Shown in pieces: positions 47,034 through 57,195 of a stretch of DNA of 64,000 nt. Each line of letters starts with the position of its first letter. Within the stretch, counting starts at the first letter, position 1. The position numbers and the translations under genes are program-made. Under the pieces are notes generated by a model. That model was given only the letters and a program-made list of their open reading frames with translations. It did no database searches and was not told the origin of the DNA. Source of the stretch: a virus (lineage: Duplodnaviria > Caudoviricetes). Location: the IMG/VR virus record IMGVR_UViG_3300027863_001757, positions 1,412 through 65,411 of that record. One strand, 5' to 3'.

Positions 47034-49717
47034 CAAAACTCCTCGTAGCCCGGTGAAGCCCCGTCCGCCCTGGTGTTGTCTGCGAAACTGCAATCATCTG
47101 TCTGCTCGGAAGGTGTATGTCGTGTATGTTGGTGTATGTTTTCTATACACTCCTCATGCGTGTGCGCGCCCGCATGCATGTATGTACGCGCATGAGGGGT
47201 AGTGGGGGAACATACACCTTTATGCACCACATACACCCCCTCACCGTCCTCCGAGAACAAATTCGCTGTCGGAGCCAGCATCCATTGGCTTATCCGTTTG
47301 GACTTGCCTGCGGACACTATCCTATACTCACCTATCACGCGGTCACGCTGCTGTCCCAGCCGTCTGCCGAAAGCGATTCTCTGCGACCGCTCTCCTCCTT
47401 TGCCGAGGTCGAGCGCGTCTATCTCCGACACAAGCTCGAACAGGTCAGTTACACCCACTTTCTCCTGACCGAACTTCTCCCACCAGGCATCCACGATCTG
47501 CCGCCACATGGCTCCCTCAATGTCTGCTGCTTCATAGAACTCGTGCAGGTTAGACAGGAATCCTTGTATTCCCGAATGCTGCAATATCCCTCCAATGATG
47601 GCAGTCCATTGTTCGTATGAACCCAGCGGTTTGGCTTGGGAAGCGGGCATACCGGCTGATACCCAAGCCTGTACGAGCGTCAGGGCTGCGCCTACCAGTT
47701 CGCCTCGATTATCAAGTGCCCAGTTGCGAAGCTTCTTCTGCTTGAACCCATCGCGAAACCACGGACGATCTACTTTTGCGTCCAGCCGAATACGAATACA
47801 TCGTCTGGCGATTTCAGTACTCATAGTAGGGTTGTTAGCCGTAGTCACCCAGACACAGCGCACTGGAAAGTGCAGGTTCTCGGACTTGCCCAGAATCCTA
47901 TCCTCCCATATCGTCGCCGTAAGTGCTGAAGCGAGCGACCCGGAATTGAGCGGCCGCGTAATGTTATCCAACAGGACCACGCTTCTCGCACTGCGAAGCT
48001 GCGCTGTTATCCGCTTCCGCCACTCATCGTCATCCCTGGCCTCGGAGATGGTCGATACCTGTTTGCCGCAGGCCGGAGTCAAAAGGACATCGGCGAGAAG
48101 TCCTTTTCCCGTGCCCGCCTGCGGAGCTTCGATAAGGTGATTCGGCGTCGGCCCGTCGATGAGGTCTCGCACGAATGGCAAGAGCAGCAGTCCCGCGGCA
48201 TGCGCGCGGTCGGCTTCGTCCACAAAAGGGAAGTCTGAGATCATATCTAGGATAAGACTTCCGGCGGAATCTACCTCTTCCTGCGACGGCGTGGGCGATA
48301 TCTCCGGTATATTGAATCCGGGCCTAGACATCCGATATGTTTTTCCTGCTGCATGGTAGCCTTCAGCGATTTGCAGTGATCCATCAGGAGCGAACACTGG
48401 AACATCGGTGATCCGCGTCAACACCGGCAGTGGTGGATTGGGTGTAGCCAACACATCTCTCACGACATCGATTGGAGGCTTGGCTGATTCCTCATCTTCG
48501 CCGCTTACCCAGTTTGCCACACGTGCGAGTTCGTGACGCAGCCTGTCGGGAGTCAGTTCCCTCGGGACTAACGTTCCGTCATCGTCCTTTTCGAGCCTGG
48601 AGGGAAGACCGATATACCGAAAATACTTCGGAGGATTATTCGCGTAGATAATAGCCCTCCAGCACACGGCAGTCACGCTGCGCAAATCCTGACAGTCGGC
48701 ATAGATGGTGAGCAGGCCGTTGCTTGCCGCTGGGTGCGCCTGAGATTTTGCTCCTTCGGCATCTCCCAATGCTCGTTTCTTTCTCTGCCGCCGTTTGCCA
48801 GTATGGTCGGCACAGGTCTCTTTGACAATGCCGACGGCTGCGCCAATCGTCATCTGGCCGTAGGTCTGCGCGCCATGCAACTCGTCCCACTTGGGCCTGA
48901 TGAGTCCTGACTCGCGAAACAGCCTATCCATCCTGACCGGGTCCTTGTCGGTCCAGTATGCCAGCATGCAGCAAAGCGCCGAATCCGCTGCACTAGCATC
49001 GCTGTTGTAGTCTCCAATGTCGCCGTTCCATAGCTTACGGAACTTCTCTCCGTTTGATGCCGACAGCGCTCTTTGAATGAGCACAGGATCGCTCATTCCG
49101 TTTGGTCGAGCGTTCTTGACATTCTCTTTGGGCGGCATATCGTTGTCGGGCTTATCGCCGAACATGCTCCTATAGATCGCCGCCACCGCACGCTCAGCGT
49201 CCATTATCTCCGCTACCGCTACGGGAAGCAGCTTGCCCGTGAAGACCACAAGCCGTCGGTCGGAGTATATCTCGAACTTTGGATGCTTGGCGGTTCTGCA
49301 TCTGGGACCAGGTTTCTTTGCCCGCGCGATGATGTGTATTCCTGTTCCCGACCGGCTGAGTTCCGTATACGAACCTATGCGCCCGATTATCTCTCGTGCC
49401 CACGGCTCGACTTCGCCATCTGCTACAACGTGGTCGAGGTCGATGAAGATGTAGGGGTCTTCCTCGGAAAGCACGAACCCTATGCCGTCGAAGCGGTTCT
49501 TTGGCTTTGCGGCAGCCTCCACCACGTCATCGAACGTATGCCACGTCGCCGGATTATTGGTCTTGGCATTGCCGCGCCCGACCTTGTCCGTGCGGTACGG
49601 CATCTTGGTAGGCGTGCCGTCGCGATCCTCGATCCGGTAGCAGACCCACTGGCGAAGCGCCTTGAGTTCGTCGGGTATCAAATCGTAAGTGGGTGCGTGC
49701 GGTGCCGCATTAGTCAT
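47033..49717 (-). CDS. Primase-polymerase (AEP, NrS-1-like) / helicase fusion
   Basis: QWVCY...KMPY...TW.TF...FDGIGFVL...IDLDH...YTELSRSGTGIH...FEIY; PriCT-like D.SAAD.ALC..LAYW; C-terminal P-loop AGTGKGLL and VLLDNI. Confidence 0.88.
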   Translation of the reverse strand: MTNAAPHAPTYDLIPDELKALRQWVCYRIEDRDGTPTKMPYRTDKVGRGNAKTNNPATWHTFDDVVEAAAKPKNRFDGIGFVLSEEDPYIFIDLDHVVADGEVEPWAREIIGRIGSYTELSRSGTGIHIIARAKKPGPRCRTAKHPKFEIYSDRRLVVFTGKLLPVAVAEIMDAERAVAAIYRSMFGDKPDNDMPPKENVKNARPNGMSDPVLIQRALSASNGEKFRKLWNGDIGDYNSDASAADSALCCMLAYWTDKDPVRMDRLFRESGLIRPKWDELHGAQTYGQMTIGAAVGIVKETCADHTGKRRQRKKRALGDAEGAKSQAHPAASNGLLTIYADCQDLRSVTAVCWRAIIYANNPPKYFRYIGLPSRLEKDDDGTLVPRELTPDRLRHELARVANWVSGEDEESAKPPIDVVRDVLATPNPPLPVLTRITDVPVFAPDGSLQIAEGYHAAGKTYRMSRPGFNIPEISPTPSQEEVDSAGSLILDMISDFPFVDEADRAHAAGLLLLPFVRDLIDGPTPNHLIEAPQAGTGKGLLADVLLTPACGKQVSTISEARDDDEWRKRITAQLRSARSVVLLDNITRPLNSGSLASALTATIWEDRILGKSENLHFPVRCVWVTTANNPTMSTEIARRCIRIRLDAKVDRPWFRDGFKQKKLRNWALDNRGELVGAALTLVQAWVSAGMPASQAKPLGSYEQWTAIIGGILQHSGIQGFLSNLHEFYEAADIEGAMWRQIVDAWWEKFGQEKVGVTDLFELVSEIDALDLGKGGERSQRIAFGRRLGQQRDRVIGEYRIVSAGKSKRISQWMLAPTANLFSEDGEGVYVVHKGVCSPTTPHARTYMHAGAHTHEECIENIHQHTRHTPSEQTDDCSFADNTRADGASPGYEEF

Positions 49718-52700
49718 CTACACGCCTCCCGCGAGCAGCAGTGACAGGAATGTCTTCCTGGCGTCGACTTGCACGCGCTTGGCACAGTTGGTTATGCCCC
49801 AGTGGTCACCAACAATGATCGCAGTCTTCTTCGCGCGGGTGACACCTGTATAAAGCAGGTTCCTGTGGTGCATGAATGAGTGCGACTTATGCGCGATGAC
49901 TATCGAGCAGGGAAACTCGGAGCCCTGGCTGTTGTGGTTTACAATACCGTTTCCAACAAAACTGTGGCTGCCCGGCACAGATACGTCGTAGACATGTCTA
50001 TTGCCGCTGCCTATCTCGACCACCGGGTCGAAGAAGAATCCTTCCCGGAACAGTCGATCAAGCTCCATGCCTGCTTTGCCGGTTTCGGCAATGTCGGAAA
50101 CATGCCGGTTAATATGCTCCACGTGGAGGTGATTCAGCTTCGCTGCCCCGCAAATGATTCTTGCGAGCAGACGTCCGATATCCCTGGCTTCTGGGTAGTT
50201 TCTTCCTCCGCGTCTGCGAAGCTCCTCTCGAAACTCGCGAATCAGTTTCCGGCCAAAAGGTATGCCGCCCCAGTTGCTCTTGATTGCTTCAGCGTTGGAT
50301 GTTTCGCAAGCGACCTCAAGAGCGAACTCCTTGATCTCTTCGCTAAAGCCCACCCTTGACCGAAAGAGGTGGAAGTTGCTGGCTCCCATAATCTCGACGC
50401 GCCACGCTTCCGACCAGTCCTTTTCCGGGATGGCGTCACGCATTTTGTATCGTTTTGAGACGATGCCGTGATGAAGAAGTAGTAGATGCACTTCCCTGGC
50501 CACTCTTTCACTCGCGGTAGCAAGCACGATCAGTCCTGTCACTCCTCCATCTGTATCGAACAGGCCCCTGAGAAATGCTGCCTGGACATTCGGCGAGCTG
50601 CGCAGGATTACAGGAGGGACGCTCTTATCTGGAGCCGTGCAGTAGTCGAGCCCACAGCGATAGAGCAGGTCTCGTGCGGCCTTATTGTGGAAATAGGCGG
50701 TAAAACGAGAACCTTGAGCTACCTGCCTGACTGTCGTCCTTACACCCAGCACCTTCTGCACGCCAGCAATGTATCGGAGCATCAGATCGTGGGAGCCTTT
50801 CGTAACCTCCACTCGGTAATCCTCGTGGTCTGAGTAGTTTCCATCTCCGACCATTACGCCCATTATCCAGGCGGCCTCTTCGTCTATGGTCACTTCGCGA
50901 CCCACCATCGGCATCTTGATGTAGTCGAAGTTTCGCTGCACGCTTACAGTGTCTCGACGCAACACCAGAACATCTCCTTCAACAACCTCTGGCATGAGCT
51001 TCCAGCAGAAACCATTCTCATCAGCGGTCAGGACAGGGTGTTCGTAGCTTCCCGATAGCTCGAACCCGGCCCTTGTTCGCAGTTGAATCACGGGCTTGAA
51101 ACCACCGTTGTAGATAGATTCTGTAGACTCAATCCCATCACGAGCGGCTATGGTTATTTCATGGGGCAAGGAAGTTTTCTCAGGAACACCGGACGCGAGT
51201 TCTCCTATAGGCAGAAGCCCCCGATTTGTGGGGATCAGCGTGTCTTCGGATATGCACTTGTGTATGGTAAGGGCGTAGGCAAGCTGCAGGTCGCTTCGGT
51301 GCGGCGATCCCGGCTCTATGAAAACCATCTTGTCATCGAAATCGACGGTAAGCGAGCCATCCGCGCCAAGATCCCGCACATAGCCCATCGAGCCGTTCAT
51401 TACTTCCAGATCGTAGTTGTTGCGGGTCTGAATGACCTTGTCACCTACAAGCAGCTTCGGACGCCTGCCGAGCTGGACAGGTAAGACGTCGTAATCCCAC
51501 AGCTTCTTTTGTATGAGGGACTGCAGCCTGATGTTGAGTTCCGCCGTTCCGAGCGGACCCTTGTGGGTCGGGGTGAGCACCTGAACGTCACGGAGCAGGT
51601 CGAAACCGAGCTTTTCGGAAAGCACCTGGTCGAAGATGTCCAGTATGAACTGCTGGACACGTTCGGCTTCCGTATGTTGGTTGGCCACATACCAAGGCCC
51701 CCGCAGGCCGTCTTCGACCCTGCATGTCTTTCTCACCTCACCCTTGAGGATTGCGATGCTGTTCTCCTTGAGCACTCCAGCCTGCCGCACGACATCTTCG
51801 AGTATTGTCGTCGGTATTGCCTTTGACTCGATGAGATCACGAAGAATATTGCCCGGTCCAACCGGCGGAAGCTGATTATGGTCGCCGACAAGGACTACGG
51901 CTGTTCGCTCAAGATTAATGGCCTGAAACAACCGCCAGGCGAGCGAAACGTCTATCATGGAGGCTTCATCGACTATCAGGATATCGGCGGATATAGGGTT
52001 TTCAGCGTTACGGGAGTAGGTCTTGCCGTCGAAACCGAGCAGCCTGTGAATCGTTGATGCCGATTGTCCGGTCGACTCCTCCATACGCTTCGCCGCCTTG
52101 CCGGTCGGAGCACAGAGCACAGCTTTGAGCTTTCGAGACTCACAGAGTCGAGTGATCGCATCGATGGTGAAGGTCTTGCCCGATCCGGCTCCGCCCGTAA
52201 TAAGTGAGATCGCATGCTTACATACCATCATCGCGGCCTCATGCTGACGATGATTGAGCCTTGGAGATATGCGCCGGATCATGGAGTCGATGTCAGGTAA
52301 ATCCCTAAAGTGCGGATTCATATCCTTGCCCCGGGCAAAGACACGCGCCAAATCTTCCTCCATTTGTCGGATTTCAGGCTTTGCCACAAGGAACCGGCTG
52401 TCGGCCGCATAGCAGGTCAGGGCTTTCTTATCGATGAGTTCGTCCAAATACCTCTCAATTTGCTCCCGGCTGTCGAGTGTATCCATCACCAGGAGCTTGT
52501 TTGCCCGGTTAAGCAGGTCTTCATACTCGACCCAGCAGTCACCCTGATCCAGCGCATCCTCGATGCAGAACTGCAATCCCGCGCGAACACGGTTCGGGTT
52601 GTCCTTCGCAATGCCGACCTGCCTAGCGATCTTGTCGATCCTTTTGAACCCGAAGCCGTCGATCTCTCCGACGATGACATACGGATCATGCTCTATAATG

Positions 52701-53233
52701 CCGACAGCGTTGTTGCCGAGCTTCTTCACCAGCTTCGTGACCTGATGGTGGGTCAGTCCGTACGCTGCAAGCGCGGTCATTGCCTGGTTGATATGACTCG
52801 TCTCAAGCCAGTGAACGCGAAGCGACTCGATGACCGGCAGCGGCACTTTTGCAGCCTCCGCGACTTTCTCAGGCTCATCTATGAGGCTGCGCTCGAAATC
52901 CGAGCCGAACCGCTCGGCAATGATCCTCGCCTTTGCCGGGCCGATCCCCTTGATGTCGGGGTTGTTCGCGAGGTAGTTTGCAAGCCCGCGGGCGTCCATC
53001 TGCCGATCCAATTCGATGCTTGCAACTTCGAACTGTCGGCCGTATTTGGGATGCTTAACAAACTTTCCGTGCAGCACCAGAGGCTGGTTTTCGCTTACGA
53101 CGATATTGCCTGCGAACGAAACACGCTCACCGCGTTCCGTTATGAAGCGTCCGGCGGAGAAGTCTGCGGATGAATAGAAGACTCGCTCGACCTCTCCCCG
53201 TATTCGGATGTGCTCGGTTGTTGCATTTGACAT
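49718..53233 (-). CDS. recD2: RecD2-like SF1B helicase interrupted by an intein
   Basis: HhH region (IKGIGPAKA), GGAGSGKT, TIHRLL, DEASM, GDHNQLPPVGPG, AYALTIHK|SQGSEF, RNLLYTGVTRAK. Confidence 0.9.
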   Translation of the reverse strand: MSNATTEHIRIRGEVERVFYSSADFSAGRFITERGERVSFAGNIVVSENQPLVLHGKFVKHPKYGRQFEVASIELDRQMDARGLANYLANNPDIKGIGPAKARIIAERFGSDFERSLIDEPEKVAEAAKVPLPVIESLRVHWLETSHINQAMTALAAYGLTHHQVTKLVKKLGNNAVGIIEHDPYVIVGEIDGFGFKRIDKIARQVGIAKDNPNRVRAGLQFCIEDALDQGDCWVEYEDLLNRANKLLVMDTLDSREQIERYLDELIDKKALTCYAADSRFLVAKPEIRQMEEDLARVFARGKDMNPHFRDLPDIDSMIRRISPRLNHRQHEAAMMVCKHAISLITGGAGSGKTFTIDAITRLCESRKLKAVLCAPTGKAAKRMEESTGQSASTIHRLLGFDGKTYSRNAENPISADILIVDEASMIDVSLAWRLFQAINLERTAVVLVGDHNQLPPVGPGNILRDLIESKAIPTTILEDVVRQAGVLKENSIAILKGEVRKTCRVEDGLRGPWYVANQHTEAERVQQFILDIFDQVLSEKLGFDLLRDVQVLTPTHKGPLGTAELNIRLQSLIQKKLWDYDVLPVQLGRRPKLLVGDKVIQTRNNYDLEVMNGSMGYVRDLGADGSLTVDFDDKMVFIEPGSPHRSDLQLAYALTIHKCISEDTLIPTNRGLLPIGELASGVPEKTSLPHEITIAARDGIESTESIYNGGFKPVIQLRTRAGFELSGSYEHPVLTADENGFCWKLMPEVVEGDVLVLRRDTVSVQRNFDYIKMPMVGREVTIDEEAAWIMGVMVGDGNYSDHEDYRVEVTKGSHDLMLRYIAGVQKVLGVRTTVRQVAQGSRFTAYFHNKAARDLLYRCGLDYCTAPDKSVPPVILRSSPNVQAAFLRGLFDTDGGVTGLIVLATASERVAREVHLLLLHHGIVSKRYKMRDAIPEKDWSEAWRVEIMGASNFHLFRSRVGFSEEIKEFALEVACETSNAEAIKSNWGGIPFGRKLIREFREELRRRGGRNYPEARDIGRLLARIICGAAKLNHLHVEHINRHVSDIAETGKAGMELDRLFREGFFFDPVVEIGSGNRHVYDVSVPGSHSFVGNGIVNHNSQGSEFPCSIVIAHKSHSFMHHRNLLYTGVTRAKKTAIIVGDHWGITNCAKRVQVDARKTFLSLLLAGGV
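49931..51256 (-). mobile_element. Intein with LAGLIDADG homing endonuclease (442 aa)
   Basis: Begins CISEDT after TIHK; ends VYDVSVPGSHSFVGNGIVNHN before Ser; two LAGLIDADG helices (WIMGVMVGDG, FLRGLFDTDG). Confidence 0.93.
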
Positions 53234-53670
53234 GTATCCGCAAACCTCCGGTGGCAGCGCAGTAAATACTCCTGAACAAACCGGCACGCGCACTGCCGGT
53301 TGGAGCAGAAAAAGACAGGAATGCCGTAGTCAACGATTATCGAAAGCGCCGCGCCTGTAACCGAAGCCGGATGTGCCCCCGAGCGGTAATTGCCCGACAG
53401 CAGTTCCTCAAAGTCTGCCTCGACCACGATGCACGAACACAGATAGGTCTGAAGCTTCCTGAGCTCGCTGCGAAATCTGTCGCGTTCCCTGATGACTGTA
53501 TGCACGAAGTCCTCGGCGGTCTTCCTCTCAATCGCCACATCGTGCTCAAAACCGGCGAGCGAATAGTCCCCCGCCGGCAGAGCACGGCGCTCGATGAGGA
53601 ACCGCTCAGAAGGCAGCGAGTAAGGCTCCTGCTCTCGCGTGTCGACTACGATACTGACTTTCTCGGCCAT
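53140..53670 (-). CDS. ERCC4/XPF-domain nuclease
   Basis: IVVDTREQ...GDYS...VAIERKT..DF motif. Confidence 0.9.
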   Translation of the reverse strand: MAEKVSIVVDTREQEPYSLPSERFLIERRALPAGDYSLAGFEHDVAIERKTAEDFVHTVIRERDRFRSELRKLQTYLCSCIVVEADFEELLSGNYRSGAHPASVTGAALSIIVDYGIPVFFCSNRQCACRFVQEYLLRCHRRFADTCQMQQPSTSEYGERSSESSIHPQTSPPDAS

Positions 53671-54138
53671 CTAAAACGGTGCGAGCGAGTCGTCGACCGC
53701 ATCGCCGAGGTCAGAGACGACAATGCGCCGATTGAAATAGATGTTCTCGTTTTCGCCCTTGGTACGCTTGGTGATCTCCAGAGTAACGTCCAGGAGATCG
53801 CCGAGTCTTGCCGGAAGTTCGGACAGCTTATCGATGTCCACTCCGCACGTGTGCAGGTCGGTCTTGAGCCACTTGAGGTTTTCTTTGGAAGCAAACATGC
53901 TGTTGCGCCACAGAAGCCGACCGGCATACTTCGGACCGAGAATCTTGAGCGTCCACTTGAGCATAGGGTTGCCTGTGGTCTGCGCCTTGGTAAGCTCTAC
54001 CTTGTCGACCTTTACCTGATACTTGCCGTCCGGCACATCCTCGAACTCACGCTCTTCAACTTCCGCTTCGGCAAAGTCGTCGTCGAACTGAGCAAGATCG
54101 ATGTCGCCTATGCCGGTGGTGTCATAGTCACTACTCAT
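53671..54138 (-). CDS. DUF669-family (SSB-like) protein
   Basis: VPDGKYQVKVDKVE...GNPMLKWTLKI..P.YAGR; acidic tail ending APF. Confidence 0.8.
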   Translation of the reverse strand: MSSDYDTTGIGDIDLAQFDDDFAEAEVEEREFEDVPDGKYQVKVDKVELTKAQTTGNPMLKWTLKILGPKYAGRLLWRNSMFASKENLKWLKTDLHTCGVDIDKLSELPARLGDLLDVTLEITKRTKGENENIYFNRRIVVSDLGDAVDDSLAPF

Positions 54139-54872
54139 TTAGCAGCCTCCTTCGTGGGTTTCTTTGCATCCGTTCCGGCGTTGTATGCCTCGACGAACTT
54201 GTTGTAATCGAGGTCGATGACATCGGGCAGACGCTTCGTCCTGTCCCCGGCCTCGTAGTGAACATGCGGCTTTGTCCGCACTACGCGCCGAGCCGTCTGT
54301 TTTCCGTCTGGTCCGGGCGCGATCTCAATGTCGCAGTAGAGGATAATGTCCACCAGACCAAGCACAATCTTTCGGGCTTTCTCCGGCAGCGTGGGGACGG
54401 TTTTGGTGTATTTGCCTGTGCGGGTCTCTATCTCAATTTCCTGAGAATGTGAAACGAGGTACAGGCCGCAGGGCAGGAACGCGAGCTTGTTAATCACCCG
54501 GTGGAACTCATTGTTCGTGATTGAGTAGCCCTTACCGTAGCCGATGTCGGACTCATGCTCCGCGCCGTATTTCTTGCAGACATACTCACAGCACATCTTG
54601 TAGGCATTATCGACCGTGTCGATGATGACAGTCTTAAACGAGTGGCTGCCATCCGCGATCTCCGCACACACCGCAAGCAGTTCGTCCCATGTGGCAACCG
54701 GCACCTGATATACCTCAAGTGAGTTCAGTCCCGGCTCGGTCGAGATGAAAAGAGCACTCTCGGCATTGGAACACCATTCGCTCTTGCCTATCTTCGTCGG
54801 CCCGTATATGAGCACTGTCTGATCCGACAGCGTTTGTTTTGGCGGCGTCTTTTGAGTTGGTAGAAGCATCAT
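54135..54872 (-). CDS. AAA_24 / Sak4-like ATP-binding recombination protein
   Basis: LIYGPTKIGKS, TVIIDT, GYGKGY, SHSQE, AGDR motifs. Confidence 0.85.
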   Translation of the reverse strand: MMLLPTQKTPPKQTLSDQTVLIYGPTKIGKSEWCSNAESALFISTEPGLNSLEVYQVPVATWDELLAVCAEIADGSHSFKTVIIDTVDNAYKMCCEYVCKKYGAEHESDIGYGKGYSITNNEFHRVINKLAFLPCGLYLVSHSQEIEIETRTGKYTKTVPTLPEKARKIVLGLVDIILYCDIEIAPGPDGKQTARRVVRTKPHVHYEAGDRTKRLPDVIDLDYNKFVEAYNAGTDAKKPTKEAAK

Positions 54873-54886
54873 CTTTCTCCATAAGT

Positions 54887-55906
54887 TCAGAATATCGGCT
54901 GCTCTTCGCCTGCGTCGCTCTCTTCGCGCAGCTCTTCATGTGCCGGTTTGTGCTCATAGAAGTTCTCGATCACATTCGGGCTTCCGCCCGAACGACACAG
55001 AGCGAAGTATGCACACGGCCGATGGTAGAAGAAGCAGTAGGACGTGTTCTGGTAGAACACTCCGCGCCGGCGACAGTCGAGCAATTGCTGGGTAAGTTCC
55101 CAGAGGTCAGCCTGCAGGGTCTCAAACTGGTCGCGAGAGACATAAAGTGTCTCCCGGTGGAACATCCCAGGCTCGGTATACTTCGCTATAAGCCGACCCT
55201 GGAAATCGGCATCGGATTCCGGCACCTTGCGCGTGGCTGTAGTTTTGCCGGTCTTGGACTTGGCAAGCAGTTCTGCTCTGCGAGCTTCGAACTCTGCTTC
55301 GGTCTCACCCTTGCCCTGCTGCAGACGTGCCTTTACCAGAACGTTGTAGATAATCCCGGCGATCTTGATGCCGAAAACCTGCTCGACGTAATGAGCGTAG
55401 AGCGTCACCTGAAAATCGGTCCACAGCCTTTCGAGGTAATCGCCGTCGAGTTGAGACGCGGTCTTGTGCTCAAGGAGGTAGAACCTGCCGTCGATGCAGA
55501 CGATGCCATCGACTTTGCCAGCAAGCACGAAGCTGCGAGACAGGGCGCTGGTCGCGGGGTTTGTGATCTTCCCATCGAATGTCTTCTCAAGGAAGACCAC
55601 ATCGAAATCCTCGACCGGGTACGTTGACGCATACCCGGTCATCATGGCTGTAGCAAGGTGCCAGTCGGCTTTTTGCCCGTCATCGCTGTGCCTGTTCGGA
55701 AATGACTTGTCGATATGATCCAGCACTTCGGCAAGGTCGCGTCTGCGGTGCCATTTCTCCAGGCACTCGTGAGCGAGCGAGCCGAACGAGAGGTTATGAT
55801 CGCGCTGGATCGGCACAAGCTCTTTGATGTATCGCCACTCGCAGGCCTTCCGGCAGTTGCGGAACAGGTTCCACATCGAGTATGTCGTCACGACCATCTC
55901 GCTCAC
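54887..55906 (-). CDS. PD-(D/E)XK exonuclease, Cas4/RecB/AddB-like
   Basis: YS....FRNCR, GSLAHECLE, LAGKVDG...LLEHKT, Q.TLY, C-terminal C......C.Y...C; GTG start overlapping the upstream TGA. Confidence 0.85.
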   Translation of the reverse strand: MSEMVVTTYSMWNLFRNCRKACEWRYIKELVPIQRDHNLSFGSLAHECLEKWHRRRDLAEVLDHIDKSFPNRHSDDGQKADWHLATAMMTGYASTYPVEDFDVVFLEKTFDGKITNPATSALSRSFVLAGKVDGIVCIDGRFYLLEHKTASQLDGDYLERLWTDFQVTLYAHYVEQVFGIKIAGIIYNVLVKARLQQGKGETEAEFEARRAELLAKSKTGKTTATRKVPESDADFQGRLIAKYTEPGMFHRETLYVSRDQFETLQADLWELTQQLLDCRRRGVFYQNTSYCFFYHRPCAYFALCRSGGSPNVIENFYEHKPAHEELREESDAGEEQPIF

Positions 55907-56220
55907 AGTATGGCTCCTATGGCACAGAGCAGTTTTCGGTTTCCGGGATGCTCCTCGACCCGCTCGATCTTGAACGAAGACTCGCCGTAGCCCTTTGTGA
56001 CAAACGTGGAGAGTATTTTCGCGATGTCGCAGCCCACCGGTGTCTCGGCGTCGACGACACATGTCCGGGCTTTCTTGTCCAGGCAGAAATATGCATCCTG
56101 CTTCATTGCGGCGCGTCCGTGCAGAGCCTCCGCAGCGAGAGCCGCTATCATAAGCGAGTCCTCGAGATCATCCACGGGGATGTGCTTTGAGAAGCTGTAG
56201 TTGTATACCAGGCGATTCAT
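55903..56220 (-). CDS. Conserved-looking hypothetical protein
   Basis: Start MNRLVYNYSF behind GGAGG; first gene after promoter motif copy 4. Confidence 0.7.
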   Translation of the reverse strand: MNRLVYNYSFSKHIPVDDLEDSLMIAALAAEALHGRAAMKQDAYFCLDKKARTCVVDAETPVGCDIAKILSTFVTKGYGESSFKIERVEEHPGNRKLLCAIGAIL

Positions 56221-56303
56221 TGTTGCCTCCGTTTGGTTGGTTGGGAGGTTGATGTTTGGCGCGCCGGGGACCGGATCTGACCTCCACAAAACTCCGGCCC
56301 CAC

Positions 56304-56340
56304 ACTTAGTTATTTACTATCGCAATCCACGAAGTGTCGG
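56304..56340 (-). promoter_or_regulatory. Conserved 37-bp promoter-like motif, copy 4 (upstream of replication operon)
   Basis: CCGACACTTCGTGGATTGCGATAGTAAATAACTAAGT, identical to copy 5 in the opposite orientation. Confidence 0.75.
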
Positions 56341-56347
56341 GATTGTT

Positions 56348-56935
56348 TCAGAGATAGTCCTTCAGCCCGGCCTCATCGAAGATGCCTCTGAGCTTACGGA
56401 TAGCGTCGTAGACCTGCTGGCGGGACGCGCCTGTCGCGGCAGATATCTGTGTCACAGTCTGAGTCTTCAGACCCTCACAGATATCCTTGAGTGCTGGCGG
56501 CAGATTACTGACGACTCTTTCGATGTCCAGCCGCATTTCGAGCAATTCCAGTTTTGGACGGGAAAGCAGGCCCGCTCCCAGCAGGTAATCCTCTCGATCT
56601 ATTGCCTCCATTCGCTGCATGACGCCGAAACCGTCTTCTTCGGGAATCTCCTCATTTAGAGAAAACTCAAAAGTGGCGTTGCTGTCGACACGCTTGTTCC
56701 TGCGGATCATCGTTCGAGCCTTGTTCTCCACGACGCAGGCAATGAACGTCTTCACAGTGCCTCGCTCGGGATCGTGTTCCTGCAGGTGCTCAAACAGGTG
56801 CAGCGCGATCTCCTGTTCCAGATCATCGCGGTCGGACGCTCTGAACCCACATCTCTTGATTAGCTGCCTGACTTTGAGCCTGATATACGTGATTGCATAA
56901 TCATCGAAATTTCCATTGCTCGGTATGTCACCCAT
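56348..56935 (-). CDS. Sigma-70 family (ECF-like) RNA polymerase sigma factor
   Basis: DRDDLEQEIAL...HDPERGTVKTFIACVVENK region 2; LDIERVVSNLPP...ISAATGASRQQVYDAIRKLR region 4 HTH. Confidence 0.88.
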   Translation of the reverse strand: MGDIPSNGNFDDYAITYIRLKVRQLIKRCGFRASDRDDLEQEIALHLFEHLQEHDPERGTVKTFIACVVENKARTMIRRNKRVDSNATFEFSLNEEIPEEDGFGVMQRMEAIDREDYLLGAGLLSRPKLELLEMRLDIERVVSNLPPALKDICEGLKTQTVTQISAATGASRQQVYDAIRKLRGIFDEAGLKDYL

Positions 56936-56940
56936 TTTGT

Positions 56941-57040
56941 CCTCCTCGACTTGCGAGGAGATCGCTGTGGGTGCCGCTTACAAAAAGGCGGAGGCATTGC
57001 GATGACGCCAAGAGTGGCGACACCCACAACGACCTCCGCC
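56941..57040 (-). promoter_or_regulatory. Structured 5' leader of the sigma gene with mutually exclusive stems (attenuator/RNA switch candidate)
   Basis: A 21-bp stem (57037-57017 with 56977-56957) competes with a terminator-like stem ending CCTCCGCC-TTTTT and with a hairpin covering the GAGGAGG RBS. Confidence 0.65.
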
Positions 57041-57195
57041 GCGCGGTCAGTCATTTTCGTGTAATGTCTTGAATTGTCTGTCTTTGAGGTCCCGAGAATG
57101 CCCTGAGCTATCCCGGACCCAGTCGTATATCTACCGGAACCGCATGCGATGTGGTGAAACTTTTTTCAAAGCCAGCTTCCGACTCCGATGGCATC

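Noticed and set aside
3225-55627. Numerous long + strand ORFs opposite structural and replication genes (e.g. 3225..3935, 6787..7473, 16346..17062, 20735..21451, 37129..37932, 52310..53173, 53371..54207, 54839..55627)
   Set aside because: They lie fully antisense to well-supported genes, have no recognisable motifs, and are expected in GC-rich DNA.
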